Positions 23,454 to 35,769 of a stretch of DNA of 64,000 bases are shown here, in pieces; positions within the stretch are counted from its first letter, which is position 1; the number at the start of each line of letters is the position of its first letter. Below the pieces are notes generated by a model. That model was not told the DNA's origin, searched no databases, and worked only from the letters and a program-made list of their open reading frames with translations. The stretch lies in assembly GCA_028534125.1 (NCBI GenBank), contig CM052820.1:54436001-54500000 (forward strand). The letters are read 5' to 3'. A program made the position numbers and the translations under genes. Source of the stretch: Lama glama (taxonomy: Eukaryota).

Positions 23454-26400
23454 ATTTAGGTTTTGTACCTGTATTTTTAGATAAGAAGAGTTCTTCAACT
23501 TTTTGGATGAATTTATTATACCATCCTTTCTCCAAAAGCTAGATTACACCTTCCCAAAAAGACAGTTTAGAGATGATTTTCCAAGGCTTTGAGGAAGACA
23601 GGAGTCACAGAGAGCAGGAGCCTTTTACCTGGGATCTTGGCATTTCTAACACGGTCAAGGTGTGCTAGGCTCAATGCTCCTGCTACCCACTGCGGTTTAT
23701 GATTCAAACATGTGCTTATACTTGTTTTAGTATTTGCATATTGTAAGTGGCACTGTAGCAACAATGATCAAAAAGCCTATGGAATATATTTAAAAGGAAG
23801 GCTTTGATATGCTATAAGATTAGCCTTACGAAGGATATTTTAAGTGTGGCTTTCCTAAACTTAGGAGCCACCCAGGTCTCTTTTCTGATGATTGAATTGG
23901 AGCCCTAGAATGGGCCCTTGTGGGCTATCACCTGCCTCCAGGCCCCAGTTTGACTAACATCACAGAATGAAGTTATCAAGAAAGAGTCTATGTTCTTCAA
24001 ACCTGGGAGAAACAGACTGAATTCACTTAGCACATCTGCCTTAGGGAATCTGAAACCTCCCTCATCCACCTATCTAGTAATCATGCCCGTTACAGAATGA
24101 CTGAACTCAGCTTTGTGTTTCTGCAGAGTTCAATGCTCACTTTACTACTGTGAGGTCAAGAGCAAGAAGAGAAGAGGAAGGAGAGGGTGGCTTTCATCAC
24201 TGCTTTGAAAAATAACTAGTCTGTTTTCATACTAATTTCTTGCTGTCTCTCGGCATCTTTTCTTTTCTCCTGTTCACAGTTACTGTCCTGAAGCAGAAGT
24301 GCCTAAATGCAACAGGGCTGTATATCCTACCCAGGACATAGCCCTGGGGACCACACATCGGGGCATACTGGCGTTGCTGTAAAATGATCACATGTTATGA
24401 AGATAATATTGATCGTTGTAAATTTAAGGAATAAACAGCACAGGGTAACTGATATTAGCTATCTGCAGAAGCTACCCACCCTTAAAAATGCTTTTAAAAA
24501 TGAATGGAGACGAGAAGTGAGAAATTGACTTATTCACAATGCCAGGGTAAGAATGCAGGAGATAAAACAAAATGAGCTGTGTCATACATCACATAAAGAG
24601 TTCAAGACCAGAGTGGATTAAAAATGAAAGCCAAGACTAAGAATTAAGACTGTGTTTTCAGAACCATCCAGAAGAGCCAGTGCTCTGAGAAGACAAATAT
24701 TCTGAATGTTCTGATCCCACAGAGGGGGTGAGTATATCAAAGTATCAAAGCTGAATTCATCAAGTTCCAAGAAAATTCAAATGATTTTACTCCATTTCCA
24801 CACTCATAAACCATCCTGTTTGCTCACACTGGAATATACCTTCATATCGACAAGACCATCTGGTTGACTCGTCAATTTTATTTCTTATTGAAAATAATCA
24901 AATTTGCTTTCAGATTTATACATCAGCCATTTGTGAATGTGGTCAGTGTGTGTCATTACACCTGAGTCTGCCTTCTCTGCCTGCACAAAGACCAGATTCT
25001 GGACCATTGATTCCACCATAGTGCAGCCACTCTAGGGCTAATGTTTCAGCAGCAATCCAGTTACCCACTTAAGGCATACTTGGTTTTTGTTTTTTTTTTT
25101 TTCAGTGTCAACAACCATAAGCAAATCCCTGTGATAGCTGGAAAGGCAGAAATCAGTTAACAGAGCTATGTATTTTGACACTAAACTTGGCATGTGGAAG
25201 TTGAGAGTTCATGGTCCAGTCTGATGTTAAACAAAGGGGAAAATATTAATTCTATCATTTGGGCATGAGGCTAATAGTATACTTATTCTCTTATGCACTT
25301 TGCTCAACAGGGAAACCCAGATGATTTGTAAGTCAGTATTTTGAGTTTATTTTTCATTTCTTTGGGGGAAATTTAGTAGAAGCAAAGTGAGAGAGCTGAA
25401 ATTAGTTTATCTTGGTAAATTCTGGGTGATAAAAATTTGTGTTTTAAAATCATACAGATCAAATTAATCAGGGGCTTGGAAAGTGTGCATGTTGTTTCTT
25501 ACCTTTTGAAGCACAAATCAAGATCAAATCAGATATGAAGTCATGAAGCCTAGCTTTCAAACAGAAAATCTAGTTTCATCAGAAAATATTTTGCATAGAA
25601 ATTATCATAACAGCTTGGATAGTAAATCAATTTCCAATGGTTAATGTTATTAAGATTAAAAAAAAAAGTCCTCAACTTTTACAAGTGACTTCTGCAAATT
25701 TCCTGTGATCATATTCTTAAATCTTCTCCAGTTTGACACGATTGTCAAGGTTTGCCCCTCTTGATCATGGTGTCAACCACATGGTTTCCAATGTCAACCA
25801 CAAAAAAGGAGTAAAAATGGGGATCTAGCAACCAAGAAACATCAGAGCAGTCCTTTTGAAAATGAAGCCAAGCTTGCTATCAAAAGCAATCCTTCTTGTT
25901 CTAATTGTCCCCTTTTATTCCTTTCACTCACATTCTTAAGTTTCTCAAATACACTTTTCCCAGCTGTGGGTTTTGTTTTGTTTTGTCTTTTTGTCATTTT
26001 GTTCAAGTAAGGTATTTAGGGCAGTAGTAAACCATTCAAGTGGGATCAATTCAAACATTGATAATAAGGAAATATCTTAGAGCCTAGGTGAAAGAGAGGC
26101 GGCAAATTGAAAGTAAAGAGTGATTAGGAATATCTTCTTTCCAACCACGAACAAAATACAAAGTACCTTAAGTATGTAGTGTAAAGTGATCTACTACCAA
26201 TGGCCAAATGAATGTTACATTATTTTATACTCAGTATGTTATTTTATACTCAGTTATGAAGGATATAACACATGCAAAAACAGTAACAAGCAAAAGGAAG
26301 AGACTCTCCCAAACAGTGGACATGTTAGAGACACTATGGTGTATTCCCAATATATTGGAATTAAAAGTGCTTTGTGTTTCCAAAAAGGTTATCAGAACTG

Positions 26401-27059
26401 AGAGTCAGTAAATGTAAGAAAATGTCAGAATCCAAATCAGGGGCTTTTTTTTTCCTTTCACTATTGTCCTTATTACTATGAAAGCAGCATTCAAAAACAA
26501 AAATCAAGAAAAAGTAGCTCCCGCATGAAGTGATGTTTGAGATATCAAGTTCAAGTTTGTATTTGGTTTCCTTTAGATGTAGCACATCTCTCTCCCCAGC
26601 TCCTAAATGCCATTCTTCCCTATTTCAAACCAACCAACCAATCCATGTACTAGTAAAGTGGCAAACAGACTGGAGAATATAAAATATGATAAACATACCT
26701 AAGAACAGTCATCACTCTGATGTCTTTCTGTAGAGGAGGAACAGGTTTATAATTCACATAACTCATAGACAAGATTAGGTAGTTTAACCATTTAGCTGTA
26801 AGTGTTTTTCATTCTAATAATAAGTGAAAATATTCACAATGGATGGCTCTCAAGACTAACAATGTCTCTCATGCATTGCAGCTTCTGAGTGAAATAATTT
26901 AAGATGAGACCCTTTGTTTAAATCATTAGTTTACAAAAACAAAACAAAACAAAACCCTCTCACATAGAGTTATGTGAAATAATAAGTTTTCTATCAAGAT
27001 ATGTATAAATACTGCATTAGCATTTAAGCAAAAAAAATTAATAACAAGAAAAATAATAT

Positions 27060-27450
27060 AAAAATACGACCCTTGAGGCTGGACGACTAAAGCTTTGTTT
27101 TGGGTCATGAACATGCCTGTCACGTCCGCATCCATTTAGTCTGTCAGCTACGTCCACACCAGCAAGTGAGAGAGCTGCACGGAGGGAACCCGCTCTCTCC
27201 GGAGCTCCTCCTGACAGTGACAGCCCAGCCGCTCAGCACACCACAAGCTGAATTTAACACGATAGGGGTGGTTTAAGAGTGCAATCACCTACTTGCCACT
27301 CTCCACCTGGGGAAAAAAAAAATCAGGTTTCCTGCCCAGGATTTTGATGTGGATTCTGAAAGCTGCATATAAAAACTGAGTGCAAACTCTGAACTTCCAG
27401 CTTTGATGTCATAAATAATTAAGAGGATTAGCTCACAAAGAGTGGTCATT
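27060..27450. promoter_or_regulatory. Candidate intronic regulatory element (CpG cluster, 4x TGACAG, 3x AGAGTG)
   Basis: 10 CpGs in 27061-27261 within an otherwise CpG-poor intron, with no recognisable repeat. Motif positions are given in the findings. Confidence 0.45.
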
Positions 27451-30400
27451 TTTCAAAAGTAGCTATTTTCCATCCACACATTTTTATTTATTTAAGATGC
27501 CCCCTGCACTTTCTCCCTAATTCTTGTGAGTAATCTAAACAAATAAGGAGGGGGCCATTTGGTTCTCATACTTGTTAGGACAAAGCGAATAAATACTATA
27601 TTTTAAAGTTATAAACTTGAAATAAAAAAATTGAAAGAGCAAAAGTTTAACAAAGAAATCATGCTCTCTTTTATATGTAATCATGTATAACTGACTTAGC
27701 ACAGACCCTCTTCTGCTTACATTGAACTCATGTCCCACTGAAAATGTGATGTGACTTAGAACATCTTAGCCATCAATATCAAATGCAATTAACACTGGGG
27801 ATGGTCACTTGTTAAACTAAAACAAATTTAGATTAAACCATAGATTAAAATAGTACCACTAAGTGAGTGATCTACCAAGTTTCACTGTAATTTTCCTTTT
27901 TCATTAATTCATCCATCAAATTTACAGTACTAGGCATCATGAATCTCAGCGTTTCAATTCTATATTGGAGACGAAGTCTTCCTTCTGGTCTTTATATGAT
28001 AAATTGTGTCTTTATATGATGAAAGTTTATACATTGAAATTCTTCAGTAAAATATTTGAAACACAATGTAATATTAAAATGTTTTGCTAAATCTGGGCCC
28101 TGCATTCTGTTCAGTTTTACCCAAAATGGCCTGAAAGCTGGGAATTTTTTTTTCCTGATCCACATATTCAACTAGCCATCTGATATTATTACTGGTAAGA
28201 ACAATTTCTCAGAATTTTGATCAATGTTATCAGCTCTTTTCTCTTTTTACACTATGTATATTCCTTTAGATAACATTAAAATTTTCTAAGGAATCTAAGA
28301 TTTCTGCAGAACTAATACTAATATTTACATAGGGAACATACATTCTTACTGAGGTATTTATTTGTCTTCTCACTTTCGAAGGATGCTTCTTTATTGTGAG
28401 CTTATCATATTACTAATGAATTAGAGGAAATATTATCCTATCCTGATACCTGGAAAATAATAAATTATCAGATAATGCAATCAATTCAAAATCTGAATTC
28501 TAAACTTGAGATCCATTATACAGATGACATTAATGGAATCTGCATTTCTCAGTCTCCTCATTAGTATTTTCAGAATTATGTTTATCTACCTCACAGGAAT
28601 ATTATCAGAAATAATTACCTTTGTAAAAAGCCTTAAGAATCACAGATGGGAAGCGTTACATACATATGCAGAGTACTATCTTAGTGTTGCTGTTAAACCA
28701 AAGAAGAAGTGTGTTTCTTTACTATCAGTGAGAAAATAAGTACCACCTACTTCCCAGCTTGTTTCCTTAATCTCTCATATGGGCAATTAAACCCTACAAC
28801 TTCATGCTTGAGAAATACATTTCACTGCTACTAAAGTAACAGCCATTTCCAAAATATATAAACTTAAGCTCTCATTTTATTAAAATCTCAACATGGATAC
28901 CATCTCAAGACCATACTGTTTCTTATTGGGAAAAAAGGTAGTCGTTCCTAAACATAAATATTCGCAGTTCTGGCTGCAGTCCAAGTTGTAAGCACTTTCC
29001 TCTGCTGTCTCAGCGATTCTCCTGATGTCAAAGACACATTAAAATAAATGGGAACCATATGGCTCCACAGCAGAATACCCGCGCTCTTACAACCGAGAGG
29101 GCAATGCAATTCATTACCACCATCGGAGAAATATTTTGGGGACATGGAATATCTCAATGCAAAATAAAGCTGCATGCGGCAGGCCATTTGATTAAAATGC
29201 TCACACAATGACAAAAGGAGACATTTGCGATTCTTGGGCTCTACCAACCTGTTTTGCTGCTTTTTACATTTTCTCAGTACCACCATGAGCCTCTCCTGTT
29301 TGAAGGATTAAACAGCACTTTCCACCTGCTCACTGACTTTCCCACACAGTATTTCATCTGGCACAACAATACAGTCTCATCAAGCCTAATATATCATGAT
29401 AATCCAGGTCAGAACATCACTGAACAACAATAACAACAAAACAAAACAAATTCTTCAAAAACAACAAGAGCAACAGAACTCTTCTAAGATCAAGTCATCC
29501 TGGAGAACAACACTGGTCAAACATAATACACTTGAACTTTGAACCCTGCCAGGAAGGATGAAATCTGAAAGCACAGATTGGTTTTTTTTCAATCCTTAAG
29601 CCTAAAAAGCCTTTACTATATTTACTGCAAATAAAAACCCAAATCATTGAAAAACACAAAAGGAAGAAATTCATCAATGCTGTATTCCTGGCTCCATATG
29701 TCAGAAATTCTAAATTTAAAAAAGAGAGTCAGGGCTGCAGAGCTGGGATTAAAACAGAGGCTGGGAAGGCAGCTGGGAGAGGGGCAGCTGGGGTTACTGA
29801 GCTACCTTCTGCTTCCTGGCTGTCAATGAGTGGTGTGGGAGGGTTGTAAACAAGAAAGAAAGGAGGGAAAGGGAGAGAGAGGGGAAAGAAAAAGAAACAC
29901 TTTATGATATTTTCTACAAACATACATATTTTTTGATTGAGCATATGCTTCAAGTTCTCATAAGCTCCTTGTTGTCTGTTTTAACACTTTTAAAAACTAT
30001 GAATAAAGAAATTGCTTAAGCACCATGTCTGGCATAGAATTATCACCCAATATCTACCAGAAACATAGAGACTCAGCTCACATGTCGATTTTAGGAGGCC
30101 TTTCATAGAATCCCTAAGATGAGGTAAGTGCTCTATGCACACATTTCTAGGACATCGCTGCCTTGGTATTGATAACATGAGTGTGTGTGTGTCTCCACCA
30201 CTGCCTTGTGAGGACCTAGGGAACGTGGGCTGCATTGTGCTCCCTGGGGAACCCTCAGCGAACAGCACACGGCCTGGTACTGAGGACTCGCTTGATAAGT
30301 GTGTGTAACTAAATCAGATGAATGAATAACAACTATGGGCTAAATAAGTAAATATTTACATTTCCTCAATTTATTGTCCTTAATTTTAAATGATAAGACG

Positions 30401-32087
30401 ACATTTTGAGTTTTCCCCCAAAGCCTCGTGGTCAACATGTCTTCCTTTTTCATCAATTTCTAGTCACTTTATTTTCCTGAAGTACCTTTCAATGAAAAAC
30501 ATTATATATTGTAGAGAGGACAAGCCACCCTCATGGCTTGAGGGTACACATAACTTTTGTGTTACAAACCATTTGAAATACACTCTACTTTACATTTCAG
30601 AAGATCTAACATAAAAAACAAACTCTGACACCATAATAAACCTCTAAATAATCCATTAATAATGGGCTTGTAAACCCATCTCTAAAAAGTAAGTAGCTGG
30701 TAGGAGAAAGAGTTACCTGAATATTATAACATGATGTGAAAGAGAAATCCTGCTGATAAAATATCACTAATTGGTACTGACCTCTAGTAAAAACATGACT
30801 GCAATTCCTGCCTTTAGCAGTTCATTAGTGATACATCTACACATGATTCTGTCTCTTAGTGTGTAAATTGTTATCTTTGCTTTAGAGCAGTGACTAATCT
30901 GTAAAAATAAAATCATATGGTACAATATTAATTTCCTATGAAATTTTGTAATATACAGCCATGCTCTGAGACATCAGATTTTTGTCTTTTTACTGGTAGT
31001 AGTGATGTAACATAACGAAAAGCCCTAGTTGATGAGCTCTTGAGACAAGGAGTAGAAGTCAGCAAGGATGATTTTAAATTTTCATTGAATCTCAAAATAA
31101 GATAGAACTGATACAATACAGGCTAGAATGTCAGTTGAATGAAGGCAGAGATTTGTCTTTTCTGGGATGATTTTTACCTTGAAACTGAAGAGTTATCCTG
31201 TTACTGTTTCACAGATGGGGCAAAAGACATGAGACCCTGACATGGGTCAGAAGCAAATACTTCATTGTTCACAGTACAGCAGGGAGCATGAGCATCTTGT
31301 TTCTGTGGGTACTCCTTGCCCCCTGAATTCTACAGGGGCAATGTGGAGGGGCCAGATAAGTGCCACACACACAGTAGGTCTGCATTGTACCAAAAGCATA
31401 AAGAACTTGGGAATCCACTTTTTTTTTTTTTTTTAGCAAGCAGTAAGTAAGCCTGTTCTTTGTCATAGAAGGAGATATTACCTCACTCTTCAGGGTTGCT
31501 TGCTACAAACACAACACAGAAATGGCCCAGGTAAATAAGAGACAGGGCAGTGCCTTCTTGGAATCCTCAGAAAGACATGTAGGAATGACAAAACCCACAG
31601 CTAACGTCTTCCAACAATTTTTATTTATCCCTTTTATCCATATATCCTAAACATCTAGAATAGTGTGGCATACAGTAGATATTCAATACATAGCTGTTTA
31701 ATGGATGAATGGAATTTATTGATAGGTTCCTACTTTTATTAAACTCTGTAATTCTTATAAAATGATAATTTCACAAGAACCTATGCCATAACTATCTATT
31801 GCTTAGTATGTGAAAGCAATATTCAAAACACAAAAAGAAGCAATCTTTCACTATAAAGAATCTATGAACTAAAGAATTTCCTGAAGAATGCTTAATGAAG
31901 TATTTTTATTCCTATGAAGTATAGCATTGTTTCTCTAGGTTTCTTCATAGCTCACAGATATTTCCCTTTGCAAACATCTTGCTGTAGAAGAGAATCAGTT
32001 GAAAGATCTTGAGAATGATTCTGGCAGCTCCCAGGAGTGGTACCGGCTACAATTTGCTATCACACCTATTGGGTATGTAGGCGAATA

Positions 32088-32433
32088 CAGGTGTCCCTCA
32101 GTATCTATGGGGAATTGGTTCCAAGACCCCCACAGATACCAAAATCCATGTATACTCAAGTCCCTTATGTAAAATGGCGTAATATTTGCACATAACCTCT
32201 GCACATCCTCTTGTATCCTTTAAATCATCTCCAGACTACTTATAGCACCTAATATAATATAAATGCTATGTAAATTATTATACATACAAGGTAAATACTC
32301 TGTACATAATTGCCAGAGCATGGCTACTTCATGTTTCTCTTTTCGAAACTTTATGGAATTTTATTTGAATAGTTTTGATCTTTGGCTGGTTGAATCCACA
32401 GATGTAGAATCCGTGGAGATGGAGGGCTGACTG
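32088..32433. mobile_element. MER2/MER2B-like TcMar-Tigger element
   Basis: TA|caggtgtccctcagtatctatggggaattggttccaagaccccc...ggttgaatccacagatgtagaatccgtggagatggagggctgactg, with TIRs. Confidence 0.85.
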
Positions 32434-32478
32434 TGTGTGTGCGTGTGTGTGTGTGTGTGTGTGTGCACGCGCATGTAT
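32434..32478. repeat. (TG)n microsatellite abutting the MER2 right end
   Basis: Seen directly. Confidence 0.9.
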
Positions 32479-33539
32479 TCTCAGGTACCTCTGGATGTAT
32501 AGAAACAGTCCCCAGGGATCTCTGTTTTCCTTATTCTATACTACTTTTAGAATATAAGGGCTGTTACAAGAAATATTTTTCCCAAAGCTAAATGCAACCT
32601 CAGGTTTGGACTGTGTAAGGGAGAAGCAAAGGTGTATAAAGGTTTCTTTTCCTTCTACATTTTAGGATTTTGTGTCTCTTGGGATGCAAGAGAAAAAAAA
32701 TGAACAGATTGAGCATACTGCATTTTATAAAAGCGGAATTCAACCTCTTCTATCTTAAAGAGCACCACTTCTCAATGATTTCTGTTTCCTTTTTCATCCA
32801 GAGCAAACTCAAATTACAAACTTTGGTTCTTAGCATTCTCCATTAACCAGTTCCTCTGACCAGCCCCCACATCATGTACATACAGTCTTCAATGTCTCTA
32901 AGGCCAATTTTAAAGTGACTTTCACAAGGAAAATATTCATCTCTGACCCTTGCCAGAGACCAATTCATTCCCCAAAGGGGCTCCTAGACTTTAGAGTTGG
33001 AAAAAGGAAAAAAAATGAAAAGCGGAATCAATTTGAAGTAGACCCTGCCTTGACCCCAACTTCTAGCCTTTGATCAAGGATTCAGCAGGGATAATAGAGG
33101 ATGTTTTTTGAGTATGTGAATAATCTTAGGAGAGTTAAGGGACTATTATTGTTCCCAGATGGTAATGGATATAATTACTTTCCTTCAGCAGAAGTTACCC
33201 CTTTCCCTTTAGTAAGTCATTGAAATTGAGAAAGACTGGAGGAGACCATAGGTAGCTTTGAGTGAAGAACTCTTTGGGGAGGAGAGGTCTGGACACAATG
33301 CTCCAGGGTGCCCCAGGGCAGCTTAGGGGCATTAAGGAAAGATAAACCAGGACTTGGTGGACCACTGCTGTAATCTAGTTTAAAATTTCAAGCAATCTAT
33401 TGCTACACACTTAGATAATCTATATATAAAGTAGGGATATTTCTACATATGCCAATTTTAATGATAGAGGTGTATAATCCCAAAAGAGATGAAATTGCAA
33501 AAGACAGAATTGGATAATTTTGCTTCTATCAGTGAAGTT

Positions 33540-34390
33540 TTATTCGAATGTTTACTGTGTGCCAAGGACCTTTCTTGGTGTTTTATAAGCATTAATTTAT
33601 TGAATCCTCACACAACACAAGCATGGTTTCAGTAGGTAGAACTGTTCATTTTATAAATGAAACTGAGGTCCAGTGAGGTGAAACAGTTTACCAAAACCTC
33701 ACAGTTGGGACCAGAGCAGCCGTATCTGAATGCAGACAGCATCAGTCCAGAGCTCAAGCTGTTAATCTTGACAATACACGGCCTCTCTTTCTTAGTTCTG
33801 GGATGGACTAATACTTTCTTTGTCTTTCTTGTACTCCATGAACATCTGCTCCCTGGACTCAGGAAAAAAATCTAGAATTATGTCAATGATAATCTAGCTG
33901 CATTACTAAGAAAACAGGAAGAGAGAAAACGCATGCTTGTGTTTTAGAAGCAGTCAGAAACAACCTAAGTAGTAAACCATTGAAAGCCCCTGCTGTTTTA
34001 TTACCAGAATGCTAGCGGCCTGGAGCTATAAATTCCAATGACACAGGCTTCGGAGTCAGACACACCAAGTAGGTTCATTGCCAACTTAGGTCAGTTACTT
34101 AACCCCCGTTTCCTTATCTTGAATATCCCAGGGCTGTTGTGATGAAATAGAGGTTATAAACATGAACTCTGGAGTCAAAGTACTTAGTTCAAATCCTGGG
34201 TCTGCCATTCACTTGCTGTGTGACCTTGGACAAGCTACTTACTCTGTGTCTCATGTATAAAGTGGTTCCAATAATAATACTGTATAGTGTCATTACAGGG
34301 ATTAAATAAATTAATATTTGTAAAGCATTAAACAATGTGTAGTGCATAGTAAGTACTATGTAAGTGTTTGTTAAATAAAAATAAAGAGAT
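33540..34390. mobile_element. Cluster of MIR SINEs (minus copy ~33540-33770; plus copies ~34040-34390)
   Basis: atgaaactgaggtccagtgaggtgaaacagtttacc, and gttcaaatcctgggtctgccattcacttgctgtgtgaccttggacaagctacttactctgtgtctc. Confidence 0.8.
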
Positions 34391-35112
34391 CAATAAATCA
34401 TTCATATAATCTGAATTCACATAGATCATTTATATAGAGCAGCAGAGTGTCTGAAGGGGATGATCAATATGTGTTAACTATTCATTGGCAGGGACTAGTT
34501 CCATATCACAAAGGTTTTACAATGAAAATGCCTTATTCTGGACTTAATGTACTATATTCTAGACTCCAAATACATTTTTTGTTCATTTTTGGCACATTTT
34601 GGCCATCAAGTATCTGACATACACATATTGGACAGATAACTGACATGTATATTTTGGGAAGTATGCAAAGTCCTAGTGTTGTAACTATGAATAAGAGACA
34701 AAAGGGACCCCTAAGGGACATTTAGTCTAAAGAGGATATTTTAATCTTGATTTTGTGGAGGAGAAAAATGGAGGCTCAGAGTGGTTCTCATCCAAGGTCA
34801 CAGGCTGGTAAATGAGACTCACATTCAACTCTGTCTGGCTCCATGCTGGCTCCATGCCCTCCACACTCCCCTGTTTGCTCCTTCTCAGGTGTCAGCACGC
34901 TGGCTTCACCGTTCTCAGTTTTGCTCTTTCCTTGCTGTGGGAATGGCGATTCCTGTCTATATTTCAAAATTACAGGATTTAAAGGACACTTTTCTTTCTA
35001 TTTGTTCCCTATAACATGAATCAATTTGTACTTACTCGTCCATTCATTTCTTTAAGCACTCAGATTTACCACCATTCTTCTCCTGTGGCCAGATCACTAA
35101 GACACGAAAACC

Positions 35113-35692
35113 CAGTCAATCCTCATTATTCACTGATTCCGGATTTGTGAATTCACCTACTCACTGAAACTTATTTGTAACTCCAATCAATACTTAGGAC
35201 ACTTTCATGGTCATTCAAAGACATGTCCAGAGCTCTGGCTCAACAAGGTGACTGTCTGTCTCCCCATTCAACTCTCCTAGTGTAAACCAGCATCCTCCAC
35301 GTGGTATGCACCTTTGGGCTTTTTGTTGGTCATTTTGCTGTTTAAACTGGCCCTGAAGTATAGTGCTGAAATACTGTCTAGTGTTCCTAAGCACAAGGCT
35401 GTGATATGCCTTACAGAGAAAATACACACATTAGATAATTATTTGAGTATGAGTCACAGTGCTATAGGCCATGAGTTTAATGTTAGTTAATCAATAATAA
35501 ATATTAAATAAGGTGTCAAAACAGAAACACACTAAACAAGGTATGTACTGATTGGTGGATGAAAATGTTATGACCAGAGGCTCCCAGAAACCTAACCCTG
35601 TATTTCCTAGGAGCTGAGGTTCAGTATTTGCTAATTTAGTGTTTGTTGCAAATTTATAGAACATAACTACCATGAATAACAAGAATCGGATG
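35113..35692. mobile_element. MER82-like TcMar-Tigger element
   Basis: TIRs cagtcaatcctcattattc / gaataacaagaatcggatg. Internal gaccagaggctcccagaaacctaaccctgtatttcctagg and ctgtctagtgttcctaagcacaagg. Confidence 0.8.
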
Positions 35693-35769
35693 TCCTTTTT
35701 CTCTGTTCATGGGCAATTTTTTCTAACAATTGATTGGATGAGCAAAGTTAATAAATAGAAAGGTGACAA

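Noticed and set aside
31995-32204. 69-aa ORF, and ORFs at 35215-35682, 45751-45936, 54193-54381 and 60638-61472
   Set aside because: They lie inside MER2, MER82 or L1 remnants and are not host genes.
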